Shown here piece by piece: positions 41,671 to 55,148 of a stretch of DNA of 64,000 bases. Under the pieces are notes generated by a model. It did not search any database. It was not told the DNA's origin and saw only the letters and a program-made list of their open reading frames with translations. Position 1 is the stretch's first letter; each line of letters begins with the position of its first letter. The position numbers and the translations under genes are program-made. The DNA lies in assembly GCA_003344405.1 (NCBI GenBank), contig NOWV01000193.1:62001-126000 (forward strand), given 5' to 3'. The DNA comes from Trichoplax sp. H2. Taxonomy: Eukaryota.

Positions 41671-43745
41671 ATAAAATATGTGTGAGCTACCACAAATGAA
41701 GTAATCGTATTCCAGCTCTAAAATTCTTATTAACTTATTTTTAATACTGAGAAAATTTAGCGATGTTTTAAATATTAATCTATTATTTTATAATAGTAAA
41801 ATAATTAGTATTAAAGTATATCTGTCACGACAATGAATCTTCATACAATAAATAAATATAAGAAGATAGTAGTTTATCACAGAATCAGAACTCTGCAATT
41901 AAGGGTAACAGTTGTTTTTAGTTTCGTTGTTTTCAAGGCCATTTGTCTTAAACAGAAAGCTTTATTCATATCTGTTTTCTTCGCTCTTAGTGACCTGAAT
42001 ATATTGCTTAAGTTTCATTTATATTTTGTATAGCCGTCGGTTTGACTTTCTGTCTTTCCACTATACTTGTCCATTTCATCGAGATCATGAAAGATGTCGC
42101 ATAACTTTCACCTAGGATAATAAATCTTCGAAAACAAAACTTTACTTTTATTTAAAAAATTATTTCGATGATAGGATGGATACTTATGAGAATCATTTTA
42201 TTTGAAAAAGTGCTAAAAAATGATAAACTGTTCTTGTTCGTCGTGAACGGATATAGGCATGTAGTTTACCATATTTGAGACTTAATGATTTTATTAATAA
42301 TATATTGCTAACGTAGATAAGCTGATTGAAAAATAATTTCAGTATATTCGTAATACTATAAATAAAGGGTGATCTAGGAATAACATATCAAATAGCTAAT
42401 TTAGGCTACATTTGAACTGTGGCATACCGCAAATTTGTTTCCTTTACATGATGGCTACAAAGAGTATAGTCAATATCTTAAAAATTTATTCAAAGATAAA
42501 AGATTTTTAAATCAACACCCATTTTCGATATGCTGCAATTGATTTTTACGAAAGAAATAAGTGAAAAGTAATCGGTAGTTTTTATTTTTCGTACCGCATA
42601 GATTTGGCAGTTGACATGCAAAATAAAAAGAAAGTAGCTGACTTCTTTTATCCGTAAGAATATATACAAAATATTAATCTCTAAGTTGAAGATCGTAAGT
42701 ATTAGTGAATATTTTACTGTAATAATGATATCCTCATTCATCATAGCATAAAATAAAGTAAAAATAATACATCAAATTGCTGATTCAGGTCACATTAGAA
42801 CTCTAGCACATCATAAAGTAATTTTATTTATGATCAATGTCTTAAAAACTTGTTCCAAGTTAAAAATTTTTAATCTATATTTATCTTGGACATACTACGG
42901 TTGATTTATATCAATTTGATCGTGCAGAATGGCATGATTGATTGGACATTCCTGCAGAATTATAGGACTGATTTGTTGGTTATTTGTGAAGAATGGCACG
43001 ATTGATTAGACATTCTAGCTGAATGTTTAATTCTTTAGAATGTCAGTAATAATGCCATCAAGGCAATAAATAAGATATCAACAGCAACATAATATTTGTA
43101 CTGCATAAGCTCGATAATTAATATTCAAAATAAAAATAAAGCAATTGATTTCCTTTTATCCATAAAGAATATGTACCGAATATTGCTCTCTAGGTTGATA
43201 TTAGTATATATGTTACGGGCTCGTATTAGCAAATATTATATTATAATAATGATCTTCAGAATGATCTTAACATAAAATAAAGTAAAGATATTTTGAACTA
43301 ACAATATCGTAATAAATATAACCCAATTTTATACTTTAACAGTAAAAATCGATATTATGCGATAGGAGGTTGTAATATTTTCAGCTAATTGTAGTTTATA
43401 GTGGGTGAATAATAGGAAGAAACGATGCATTGGTACTGATTCTAGTATAAGACTGTAAGCGAACCGACAGTAATAGCAGGAGACTATTACTCGGTCATTA
43501 CAGAAGTTAAGCTCGTATATGCCGGTTATGAAACCCGTTATTGTATAATGTATTATATCATACCAGCTTTTTATCTCTTTATAATTTTGAGACACTCTTA
43601 AGTCGACTAAAGTAAATATAAGGCTAGTCAATTATGGTTTATCGATCGTGGCGCTAATTGCTTTTGAAAATCCTATTATTCTCGTGAATACTAAGCTAGA
43701 TTTGATCCAGAACTGTCTACATGTGTATTTAGTACTTTCTGCAGT

Positions 43746-44977
43746 TGTTACAGTGTGATACACTGTAATATCGAGATTATAGCAAAAACGCCTATGTTAG
43801 GATAATTTTGTTGATTTATCCTTTTATGAAGATGTCACTACCCTCACTTGTGGCAAAGGAAAGTAAAGAACTCTAGTGTAGTTACTTAAAACTTGGGCTA
43901 TTTCTACCAGTACTTTCAGTTTCTATGAGAGAAGTATTTGAGAACTCGATTTCTCGGCTGATCTCCACAGACAACTGACTAATTATTACAATATTCTTCA
44001 CGATATGAGTCTTGCCGTTTCTTGAGCAATTACTAACTTTATTCTACAAACACACGCGCTTAAATAGGTTTCTACAGTGAATTCCAATATTAGCAAGTGA
44101 GAGTTTATGCTTTACAAGTTACAGTAATTAGTATAATACCATTACTAAATACACATGTCGATATTCTCAGACTTAGATAGCTACAAGCTGTCAGGTGTTA
44201 AGACGCTTAACCTTCGTCCATATACGGCTCAATTTTTAGAGATTAACACACTTTATAAACCTACAGTAAATTAACTGCTAACAACTTCTATTTTTATCTC
44301 ATTTCTACCATCTTATTATCAGCTACAAGCGCATTAAACATAGCACATAACCTTATCTTATCTATTCATAAGCATTCATTAATCAACAGTTACTTAATTA
44401 GTAACGGCGTACCGCGACAGAAGAGTTTCTAATTTAGCTATTTGATATTCAAATACAGCACTAGTTTTTACGGTGATATATTCAGCCTACTGAAATTAGT
44501 AGTTCAACTAGGGAATCGAGAATAATCTTCTTATAATTCAAATCACTGTGATTGTAATTTACTTATGGTAGATTGTAGATTATCTTAGAAATGTTCCGTG
44601 ATAGGACATGTGGTAATCTGACAATTTTGTATTAGTAATTCGATGTCTATGTTCGTAAATACTGTTGTCTTCATTAGGTAGCAGTAGATAAAATTAGTTT
44701 TTGATTCATAATATAATTATCAGGTTTCATCGTTAATATTACTAACTAGGACGTCTGTTCTATTGTAAAAGAGTATATAAATGCGATAAATCGTATAATA
44801 AAGTTAGTTCTTATGATTAGTGTTTAACGTAAGATACGAGGCGTCGAAGTCTTTTTGTAGTCTACTAGTAGGAAAAGTGTTCCTGAAAGAGTAGATACTA
44901 CTCCCTGATATGTGGTTCAGGGAATCGATTGATTGATCATGCGTTACGTTATCTTGTTGCAAAGGTGTTTTGTAACA
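43746..44977 (+). mobile_element. Solo-LTR-like element (~640 bp) interrupted by a nested element
   Basis: Begins TGTTACA and ends TGTAACA. Flanks GCAGT/ATAGT (degenerate TSD). Both halves (43746-43832, 44425-44977) align colinearly to 54519-55148. TATATAAA then AATAAA at ~44774-44802. Confidence 0.72.
43833..44419 (-). mobile_element. Nested solo-LTR-like element (587 bp), TSD GAAGA
   Basis: TGTCAC...GCGACA termini. GAAGA at 43828-43832 and 44420-44424. Internal CTTTATTC...GCTTAAATA block resembles that of the 58120 element. Confidence 0.72.
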
Positions 44978-47900
44978 ATAGTATATACTAGAAATCTAAG
45001 TCGGTTTATATTATCTGATTACTGATTTTCCTATAATCTGCTCACAAAGCTCGTTAATTTTAATATTAGTAGGCATACAACGCCAGTTTGAGATCTAAAA
45101 TCAATGATATTCGATAATATTTAGGATATACAGTGTCACCCGATAATAGCGCTTTGACTGATAGTAAAAATCTAGCTTTGTGACAACTTTAGCTATATTA
45201 CTAACCTATTTGCATATTTATTGCATAAATTCCTAAAATTTGGATAAGTTATCATTACTAATAGTCTTTTTAGCGTTAATAATCCGTAATTCAATGCAAT
45301 ACACACTACTTATATTTCCCATTGCCCTTAAACTGATATATTATTAATGAACGAAAAGTTAGATGCCTAGTTCATCATTGATACAACTTTAACATCGCAA
45401 GTTATGATTCTGTAAATCTAAGTCCAATCGGAAACTGTTTTCTTAGTTATATTATTACTCCAACCACACGATCAAAACCTGGATGAAACTTTCAAACTGA
45501 GCACGAACGCAATGGACGGCTTGGTGACTTCAATAAAGCCCAGATATGTCAAATCAGATTCAGTAAGCCCACATTATTGTAGCTTCTTTAATTTTAAATG
45601 CCATATAATGTTAAGATTCGACTTAATCTTGTATTATACTAATAGATTTACTTAATTATCTATGCTTTCTTTATGCTTAGTCCTATTTCATAAAGATCTG
45701 AAGTATTGATTGGCACAAGTTTTGGTTTAAGGCTAGGCTTGACATATTACATATCATTAAAATGATGTGGCTATTACTGGATCTGTACGTTGGATAAGAG
45801 GAAAATTTCGAAGCAAAATTTTGCAAAATTTGCTAAATTTCTAAATTTACTGATTTAGCCTTTAATGATGTCATGTCTGTTCTGCACATTTTCAATGTTT
45901 TCCATCTATGGTAGTTTTTGTTTCTTTATCATTTCAATTGATGTTATTACTCTTAACTTATATAGTCGTATGAATCTGCGGCGCGTATTATTAAATATAT
46001 TTGGTTAGTAATAATTGATTATTACTTATCATATTTACTATCCTTAATGACACTTACTTTATTCATTGCCGCAGTATATCGAAACAGTGTAGATTTTACA
46101 TGTAACAACCATATCAAATAGTCAAAGAAAAATATAAAGTCTAGATAATGTGTTATAGTTATGGTAAACTGTCCTAATGAATATTTTAAGATGAAAATTT
46201 AGCATCGGTTTATTATCATAAATATAAAGTTCTGAAGTTAAGAATTTCTATTTTCTAAGCATTTTCTAAATTCAGTAAAGTTGTATTCATTAATTAAATT
46301 GTGAGGGATTAAAGCTATAATATATTATGCAACCGTCCCGTAACAAATATATTCGTATAGATTGGATTCTTCCTTCTCTACAATACTCAAAATTTTTACT
46401 AATCTTCAGTTAATGACAAACTATAAAAGTAGGATAGATCAAATTGCCTATTTTTAACTGGCAAACAATCCAATTTAAAAGATAGCTTGCTTTTCACTGA
46501 TATAAATCTGCTTCTACAGTAAGGATTTAATTAATAAACTATATTTAATAAAGCAGCTTATAAAGATAATCACTTATTATCCTTACGAATATTTGTCTGC
46601 AAAAAATAGATCGACTCATTTTATTCCATTATTATCCATCGTTACTATACTTAAGGGCTGTAATCATGCCGATATCTGTTCTAGTTACGGTTACATATTA
46701 CTGCTCTAAGAATATGTGGTTGATTTGTCTAAGCTTCAGATCGGAAATAAAGCAATTTTATTTCTATAGATCCATATAACTTAGCTAGGATGACCTCTGG
46801 TGATATCACTGAACGTGAAATTTTAAAATATGTAGAAAGCATCAACTTTATTAGACCTTTATATAAAAATAATCTCAGTATTTCTCTACTCTAGCCAAGT
46901 GCAACTGCTAGAATGACTTTTAGAAAGAAATAATGAATAACTTAAGTTGTCCACTTATATACTTTCCGTACCATTACAGTTAGCGATATTCCACTCTATT
47001 TTACAATTCTTCAGGTTATAATTAGTAACTTACACTGTGGCGGATCATTCATAATTTAATATATTAACAGCTACAGTAATTTTACAGATATCTTTTCGGA
47101 CTAGTCATATCATGATACCCTAATATAGGAGTGACGTATCTATTGACCTTTGACATCAATCATGATTCAAAAGCTTACTGCTTCAGATTATTGGTGTTCG
47201 TTCTCTAGCACAAAACCTTCATCTAAAGTCTGTAGTTATGAGTTAACAAATAAGGCTTATGATAAATTTACAGAAGTAAGCTATCATACATCATAACAAG
47301 CATATGTAATAATCTACGATCTAATTCTATGTTTTATTATGCCACCGTTCTTAATTTAAGAGCACCTATTTTCTCATAAATTGTTAAAACGCTGATGCTC
47401 AATTGTAAATAAACGTATAGCTGATATTTCATACAAATTTATTGTTTTTGTACGTATAACTGTAACCGTTAGTGGTGTGTTTTGAACTTTACTACTAACA
47501 TGTAATGGGTAGACTTCATGACAAGACCAACCAGACCGTCTTCGCTGACCATCAATTAATATTCAGAGTTGTTGAAGAATAGCAGGGTAAGCAAAGGATT
47601 CTTTAGAGATAACACTTAATAAAATCTCTTACTTTTTATGATAAATTCACATGCTTATCTAATGCTATGGACTAGATACTATGCTTAATAGTATTTGCAT
47701 TACCCAGCTGTTGCTACATGTACCAGTCAGTACTTTACGCACTATACGTATCTCAGAATTAATGTAGGATTTAGGACGTATTTCATATTTTCGGTCCATC
47801 ATTTTCATGTTTCAGTGTAACTATAGAAGAAAGCAGATATAAAAATGCTGCGTAAATTTTCTTTATAGCAATATCAAATACAGTTGGCGCAGAAATATGT

Positions 47901-49046
47901 TATGAAATGAGATTTTAGTTACGTTGCTAATACATTTCTATATTTTAAGCTCACTACAGCTTTAATCCATTCTATTTAACGATAGGAGTACATAGAGTGA
48001 AATATAAAATTTGTAGTATGTAAGTCCATAGAAGAGACTATAGATAAAATGCTTACCTAAATAGGTAGAGAGAAGCTAGTAAAACATTGGTTTTACCAAA
48101 CTGTATAACGGTATGCTAAGAACGATTATTATCAGTTCAATACCTTAGCTCTACTCGATTCGTCTGGAGATTTTTAGTAAACCCTCCTGATTACAAGTAG
48201 AAGAGTTTCGAAAAAGTAACCATGGAGTTTAAATAATTTGATAGTAAAGAGAGATCATTTTAGTCGCATACATAGAAAATTGATAACTTAACTAATAGAG
48301 CAGACATCTGCTTGAAATTTGCTAGCTCAAATCATTTCTCATTATTGAATGTTACTATTAAATGAAACATGATCAATTTTGTAGATACAAGTCATCTAAT
48401 GCAACAAGGCTTGGCCTAAATTTCTCGGCCTAGACCAGTTACGTATGTTTTATCAAGGTTTTCATCTAGCGTTAGCGCAATTAATTTGATTGAAATTGTC
48501 CGCTTAAATTGGCTAGCCTAAACAGAATACGGTTACGTATATACGATGTATTTCAACCTCAGTTTGAAACGGTTAAAATTTTTACCTAAGAGCGATACGG
48601 CATTTAATCACTTATAGGCTATAGATAAGTCTTTTTAGTTAACTATGTGAGTTGATAGTTAGTCTAGATTATAAGAAACGCCACAGGAAAAACCTAGGAT
48701 AATCGTCAGTCACTAAAGGATGTGCGAGAGTTAGGGTTAGAGCTAAGTTAAGGTATAAATTGCGGACCAATTGCTCTATAACGGATATATTGCATTCGCC
48801 ATGGGTATAGTCTTTAACAAGAGAGAAAAATGGATAAAGCTTACTGAGAACGTTAATTTAATTTTGTATGAGGTTTGAATTAATTAAATTAACATCAGTT
48901 TTACATTTATCATTATGATTAAGGAAAAATATGTTTGCTGGAGGTGACATTGTTCTTCAGTCCGTTCGTTATCTGTCCTCAGATGGTTATATCTTCAGTT
49001 ACAGATCGTACATTTTAAATATTTCCCTTGCTATCATATTTTCAAA

Positions 49047-51965
49047 ATGGCGTCTGCACAGATTCAATATCGACATATGACTCATCCTTATATGCTGCCA
49101 CCACAGGTTAAATCAGTGGCCCTTGGTCTTGCCGTTTCTCAAATGCTTCTTGGCTTGTTAGGTCTGATTGCAGGCATATTAGGCTTTACGCTATACCGAT
49201 CTTACATGAATATTGTTATATTACTCGGCGTTGACATATGGACATGTTCATTTGTAAGTTTGTATTCAGCTTTAGATTCTTGCAGTTGTTCATTGTAAAT
49301 ATTCCTATTAATTAAGACGAAATAACTACCATAAAAGTAATTTTATCTCTTTACCGCACAAATGAAAATCCTTACCATCTTATGCAACATGGTGCTATAT
49401 GCATTTATTATTGTCTAAATACTAGTATCTATACATCTTGTGATCCAACCAATTTGGCCTAGATAATAAAAATCATAATTTTTACATTTTATGTGATATT
49501 TTCTATTAGGCTTTAACATGCAAATGAATAAAAGTCATTAAATATAAAGTCAGTTCGCTACAAATTATGCTGATAAAAATGACAAGATACGCAATCTATT
49601 ACAATGTTTAATATCAATCTATTCTGTAATTACTGTAGGCTTTCCCATTCAGGTCCTTTCAATATAGTAAATATGTATACTAGCAGATATAAAATTCAAT
49701 CCATTGCAAATCAGTCTATATTAAAGTTTTCGTAGATAATTCGTAACTTTTAACTACTTTCTAGTACACGACAGTTTTAGGCTATCGTCGTATTTTAGTA
49801 TTAAGGTATGAAATAATAAATTTAATAGATTATATGTGAGATTGCGATCCTGAATGAATATGAATGCGTTACTTAGAGTGTGTTAATTCTATTGCTCACG
49901 CTATTTAGCGTGTAGAACAGTACAGCAAATTAGTGCCTTATGGTTATGCAGATCGAATACTTCGTGTAGGATTGGTACAACCGGAAACAAAATCGCATCT
50001 AGATTTAGTAGCATTTTATAGTGCAATAACCAGTTTACAATAAATATGGACGTCTAGAATATATATCGTGAACTTATTGTGTACTTGATTATATTCAAAA
50101 AACTTAGATTAGAATTTTGATATATTATGCAATGTTTGATGGAGCATAATAAATCATGTCAGATACGGATGTTTGCCTGTACAGTACAGTTTAATATATT
50201 GCTCCAATATAGATTAATTTATCGAAACTTTGTATTTCAAGTATTTCTAAGGATAGTGTCTTATTCAAATAATAGTTCATTATGTAACGTAACTGTATAG
50301 CGATAGCATTTAGCAATATATACCGCTAATGTTTCGACCATCTAAATTTACGTAAATCATGCAGTAGTCTACTCTACCGAGTGATATTAAACATAGAATT
50401 GAAGATTTTACATATTGTTACTCTTAACCTTTTGATAGGATTGAAAGTTAGAACGAAATATTTATTTCCCATTTAGTCTTTGATCTTACTAATATTTTCT
50501 ATCATAAATGAAGAGAAGATAATATTAAGTTTTATTTCTTAGATAGTTCTCGATATAAGTCGGTATTAGGAAAATAATACTATCTCTTGAAGTCAATATC
50601 GCTATATCGTCAGTGTTTAATTTTTTATGATTTTAAATCAAAGTTTCATTTGTAAAGAAGATCAAACTTTTGGTGACTTTTGCTACATAAAGAATTGGAT
50701 CTTAAATAATTTAATTGAGTCAATGAAGCCTTTACTATTAATATTTGATAAACAATTTATTTAAGAACTGCTTTCAGCTGTTCATAGCTATTAGAAATTT
50801 GATTGCAATATCTAAGATTTAGCTTTCGGCATTCTTGGCGTGATCCTTCAATAATCATTTTACATTATACATATCTGCTGACAAGCGGCTGAAGATGAAT
50901 ATTTACATTATAATTCAAATTAAATATCTTCCTTTATTAATGTTTTTAATAGTATCTCATAAGCGGATTACTTGGTATGGGCTTACATATAAATCCAGCA
51001 AATTATAGATTGGTAAATAAATTCTTAACCCTATAGTATACCTCGGCAAAATATACCAATACCAATCATTTGATATCCAAATGGCTCCTTATTGATTGAA
51101 TTAACTTATTTATTTTTTTTATTAGATGCATGCTTACTTTGCCTTTACTATCATTAGCTTCATTGTGTGCGTAGCCCAGTGCACTTTCTCTGCTATTTCA
51201 CTTTTCTTCTACTATGTTCGGTACACATTTTGGCATAGTTTAGCGTCATTACTCATTGGAATGCTAGAGTTTGGCTTCAGTTTAGGGAATATTATTTTAC
51301 TTGGACACCTTGTCTATTGCAAATCATTACAGGTGAATCAATGACGTGATAAAGTATAGATTTCAAAAAGCAAAAAAATATCAACAACTTAGTGTTGTTT
51401 GGAAGATCAGTATGTTAATATTCAAGAGATTGCTATCTATAAAACTACTCTTAGAAATATAGAACATTTTTGAAGTATTTAAAAATAACAATTTTCTACG
51501 TTATGTACAATTTCTGCAACATTTTAATGTTCTGAAAGGCAAGTGCAACAGTAGTCTATCCTCCAAACCAGCAAATGTTGATGCAAGAATATAATTCTCC
51601 TTCAGGTAATGTAAAGAATAAAATTATATTACTTTTATATATTAAATTACTTGTTTTGAGTACAGGTCTTTATTGCATACTTTATCATTACGTCAGTTGA
51701 AGCTGTGTTAAGTAGAACTTTAGCCGCAGAAACTCGCATTTCTGAAAACTTCCAACCACCACCACCTCCTCAGCCTATACCAAATAATAATATTAAAGAT
51801 AATGATACTCCCGAATCTAAACGTCATTCGCGCTCTAGAAATTCATCTATAAGACAAAGTAGCGATGAATATTCCTCATCTGACACGTCTGAAGATATAG
51901 AGCTAGCTTCGAAGCATCGATCTAGACGCTCAGGAAGGTCTAGAAGAAAACATCATCGACGTTAG
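49047..51965 (+). CDS. CD20/MS4A-like four-TM protein, paralog 3 (~269 aa) with Pro- and Ser/Arg-rich tail
   Basis: Exons 49047-49253, 50953-51012, 51126-51332, 51539-51605, 51697-51965. Phases 0,0,0,1; TM2 GVDIWTCSF|YLISG. Confidence 0.78.
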
Positions 51966-53012
51966 AAGTAATAGTAAGATTAAACTAGGAAATGCTACAA
52001 AAATTTAAGGACGAGTTTGTTCAAAATTTCTAATCGAAGACAAAGTTCAGAATTTCTTTAAAATTGCTAAGAAACCTTGTTGGCTAAGGAGTTACATTAA
52101 ATTAAAAACTACCCGTGAAAATGTTGCAGTGCAATTTTGTAAACCCAAAATCGTCTTAATCTTGTCAGATTATTAGCATTTTTTGTAGCAGCTCATCTAA
52201 TTTGATCATAATTTTTAAGTGGTTCAATATTCTTATTATATTAAGTAAATTAAAGGTTATCTTCCTACGGCAGGTTGTGCAGATAATATAGATTTTAAAG
52301 GGACATAAGTTCATTACAAGCACGTTTATATGGCTATTTTGTATTTTTTCGGTAAATAATTGATTTTAACTATTTCTTACTAGTTATTAGGAGCTTACCT
52401 GAGTCTTAAATATTAAATTTCAAATCTTGCTTTGTAGTTAATTCATTGTGCTTAAAAAAATCAACAAAACTGGCGTAAGCAATCAATAAAGAATATTTCA
52501 GTCATTTATATGGGCCTGGTTTTTATTACTAAATGAATCTAAAGTGAATGCGAATTCTACTTTCAATGACACTAGTTTATCAGAATGTATCTACTACAAT
52601 TCTCTTCAGCTGATGTTTGCAATAAGCAAAAATTGCAACTACTATTAATAATCAAATAATATCATTAGTATAATGTCAAGCTGGTTTTCTCTGATATCTA
52701 CTAGAGAGAGGACTCAAAATATAGACAAACTTCGATCATCGGAAGGTCTCAGTAAATTACGCATTTGTTCACAAGATAAACTGTGAATATAAACTTCATC
52801 GCAAAAATTAGCCAATTTATAGTTAATCTGCATTAATATTAATTATCAAGACCTGAATATGCAATAGAGTATCTTTAAAATAATAATAAAGAACTGCAAT
52901 TTCTTGAAAAATTTACTTTATTATATAAGGCAGGTTCGTCTAACTACCAAGGACTATCTGACTACAATCAGACTATCTAAACATTACAGCAAACATTCAT
53001 CATTTATGCAGT

Positions 53013-53615
53013 TATCGCAAACCAATTTTATGACTAGGTAACGTAAAGGTCCACTTCTACAAATTCATACTAATCTTTTCGTTTATGACTTTTACGTTCC
53101 GTAAAATAAAGAAATGATTTTACTCAGTAATTTGTAGAGCTTATATACTCTTTGGCAGCAGCTAACGTTGATGAATCATCTTTTAATAGTTCTTATAGAT
53201 ACCATATAGATATCTCTGACTGATTTTATATTGTCGAACTACTGTACGTCCATTTAGAGAATCATTTTAGGACATGTACATTGCACAATTTACCGTTCTA
53301 TTATAGTACAATATTAAACGTGCAGATTTGTCTAAGCTCTATTATCCGGTTTATCTTAGTCATTTTCAACTGTTCTTATAAGAGGAAGGATTTGGAAATC
53401 TTCTCAAATGGACGGATGTATGAATAAACGTTAATATTCAAGACTATTTTTCGGTGTTTACGTTCATGTGCCACATTATGGAATTAGTCAAATTTTGGGT
53501 TACGTAGGCTAGTCAACAGTAATAGTAGGAGACTACGGTATTACTCAATCAAAACAGAGCATTGGTTTTACTAAATTTAGTCAGCTGATATTTCACGGTA
53601 GTTCGTACCTTGACA
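53013..53615 (-). mobile_element. Solo-LTR-like element (603 bp), TSD GCAGT
   Basis: Left end TATCGCAAACC...GACTAGGTAACGTAAA and right end TTCACGGTAGTTCGTACCTTGACA match both ends of 58120-58555. GCAGT at 53008-53012 and 53616-53620. Confidence 0.72.
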
Positions 53616-54518
53616 GCAGTTATATGTCGAATGACTTTTTTTACCTATACAATCATGTCTTACCGATAAAGCAGTAAGTTCAAATCTAAATCCACTATCG
53701 CGATCTATTCGTAATTCGCAGTCATAATTAATTTCAAGTTACGGCCTTTGCTGCAATGAAAATTTCTAACCCGACAAAAGATTAAGTTGAAGTATTCATT
53801 AAGCTAAAGCTAAACTAGGCCTGACGCTAAGAAAATAACAGAATTTGAATTATGCCATATAAAGGGTTGTAAGTACTGATTAAACGAGATTTACTAAAAT
53901 TTTCTAGTTACGATTTTTGTAGCAATGAAAGGCTTTCAACATTACAAAAGACCTTATTTAAGTTGACATATTAATTAAGCTATAGCTAAACCGGACCTAA
54001 AAATAACAAGTTAAAAGAATTTAATCATATAAAAAGGTAGCGAGCAATATCTATAGTCGGGCCCGTTTTGCTCTGAAAATATTTTAGGTGACCATTGATT
54101 TTTAGCCTTCTAGTACGATATTTCGTCAACTTAGGTACATTGATGAAGAGTGGTAATTGAATAAGATTTACTGAAACCTAAGGTTACAATATTTGTTGCA
54201 ATAAAAGGGTTTCTAATACTACAATTAATTGGCGTAATAAGTTTAAATCAGCTGCACCTTATGATAGTAATATGATATGCTTGCTACGATATACAGGGGC
54301 CCAGGGTAAATTTTTTGGGAACGAAACGGTATATCCCCCAAAAATGGCACGCCGGCATATTATTATTGGTGTTGGATCTTTAACCATTTATTTGAGCAAT
54401 AATTCATAATTTCAGTTCTATTTGGCATGAATTATAAATTGATAAGAAAAGTTCAAACCTGTTATTCGAAAATACCGACATACTTAGAAGAAAGAATTTC
54501 CTCTCAGAAGTCCCTGTT

Positions 54519-55148
54519 TGTGACAGTATTATATACTATATTAGAGTAGAAATATCTATGTTAGGATTATTCTGTTAGCTTATCCTTATTTAGTTAACTT
54601 CCAATTTGGATATTCTGTGTTTTAATATAGCACTGACTTTTTATGACCGTGACACATATACACATACTGAAATTACTAGTTATAATAGGGAATGCGAATC
54701 ATCTACTTACAGTTCCAATCATTGTGATTGTAACTTACTTATGGTAGATTGTAAATTATCATGGAAATTTTCCGTGATAGGACATATCGTAATCTGACTA
54801 TTCTGTATTAGTCATCAGATGTCTATGTTTGTAAATACTGTTGTCTGCATTAAGGGAGCAGTAGCTAAAATTAATATCTAATTCAGTGAATGATTCCAAA
54901 GTTAATCGTACTAACTATGACTCATGAACTATTGAGGAAGAATATATAAATGCAGTATATCGTGTAATAAAGTGGATTCTAAAACTTAGTGTTTAACGTA
55001 AAATACGAGGCGTTTAAGTCTTTCTGTATTCTGTTAGTAGAGCAAAAGTGTTTGTGATAGTGCAGATATCGTTTCTTGATACGTAGTTCAAGGAATTGAC
55101 TTATTGATCGTACGTTATGTTATCTTGTTGCGAAGCTGTTTTGTGAAA
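54519..55148 (+). mobile_element. Solo-LTR-like element (630 bp), TSD CTGTT/TTGTT
   Basis: TGTGACA...TGTGAAA termini. Full-length similarity to 43746-44977 minus its insert. The 3' end resembles the reverse complement of 58120-58150. Confidence 0.72.

Noticed and set aside
48730..48755. TTAGGG-like motif suggesting an interstitial telomere
   Set aside because: Fewer than two perfect units.
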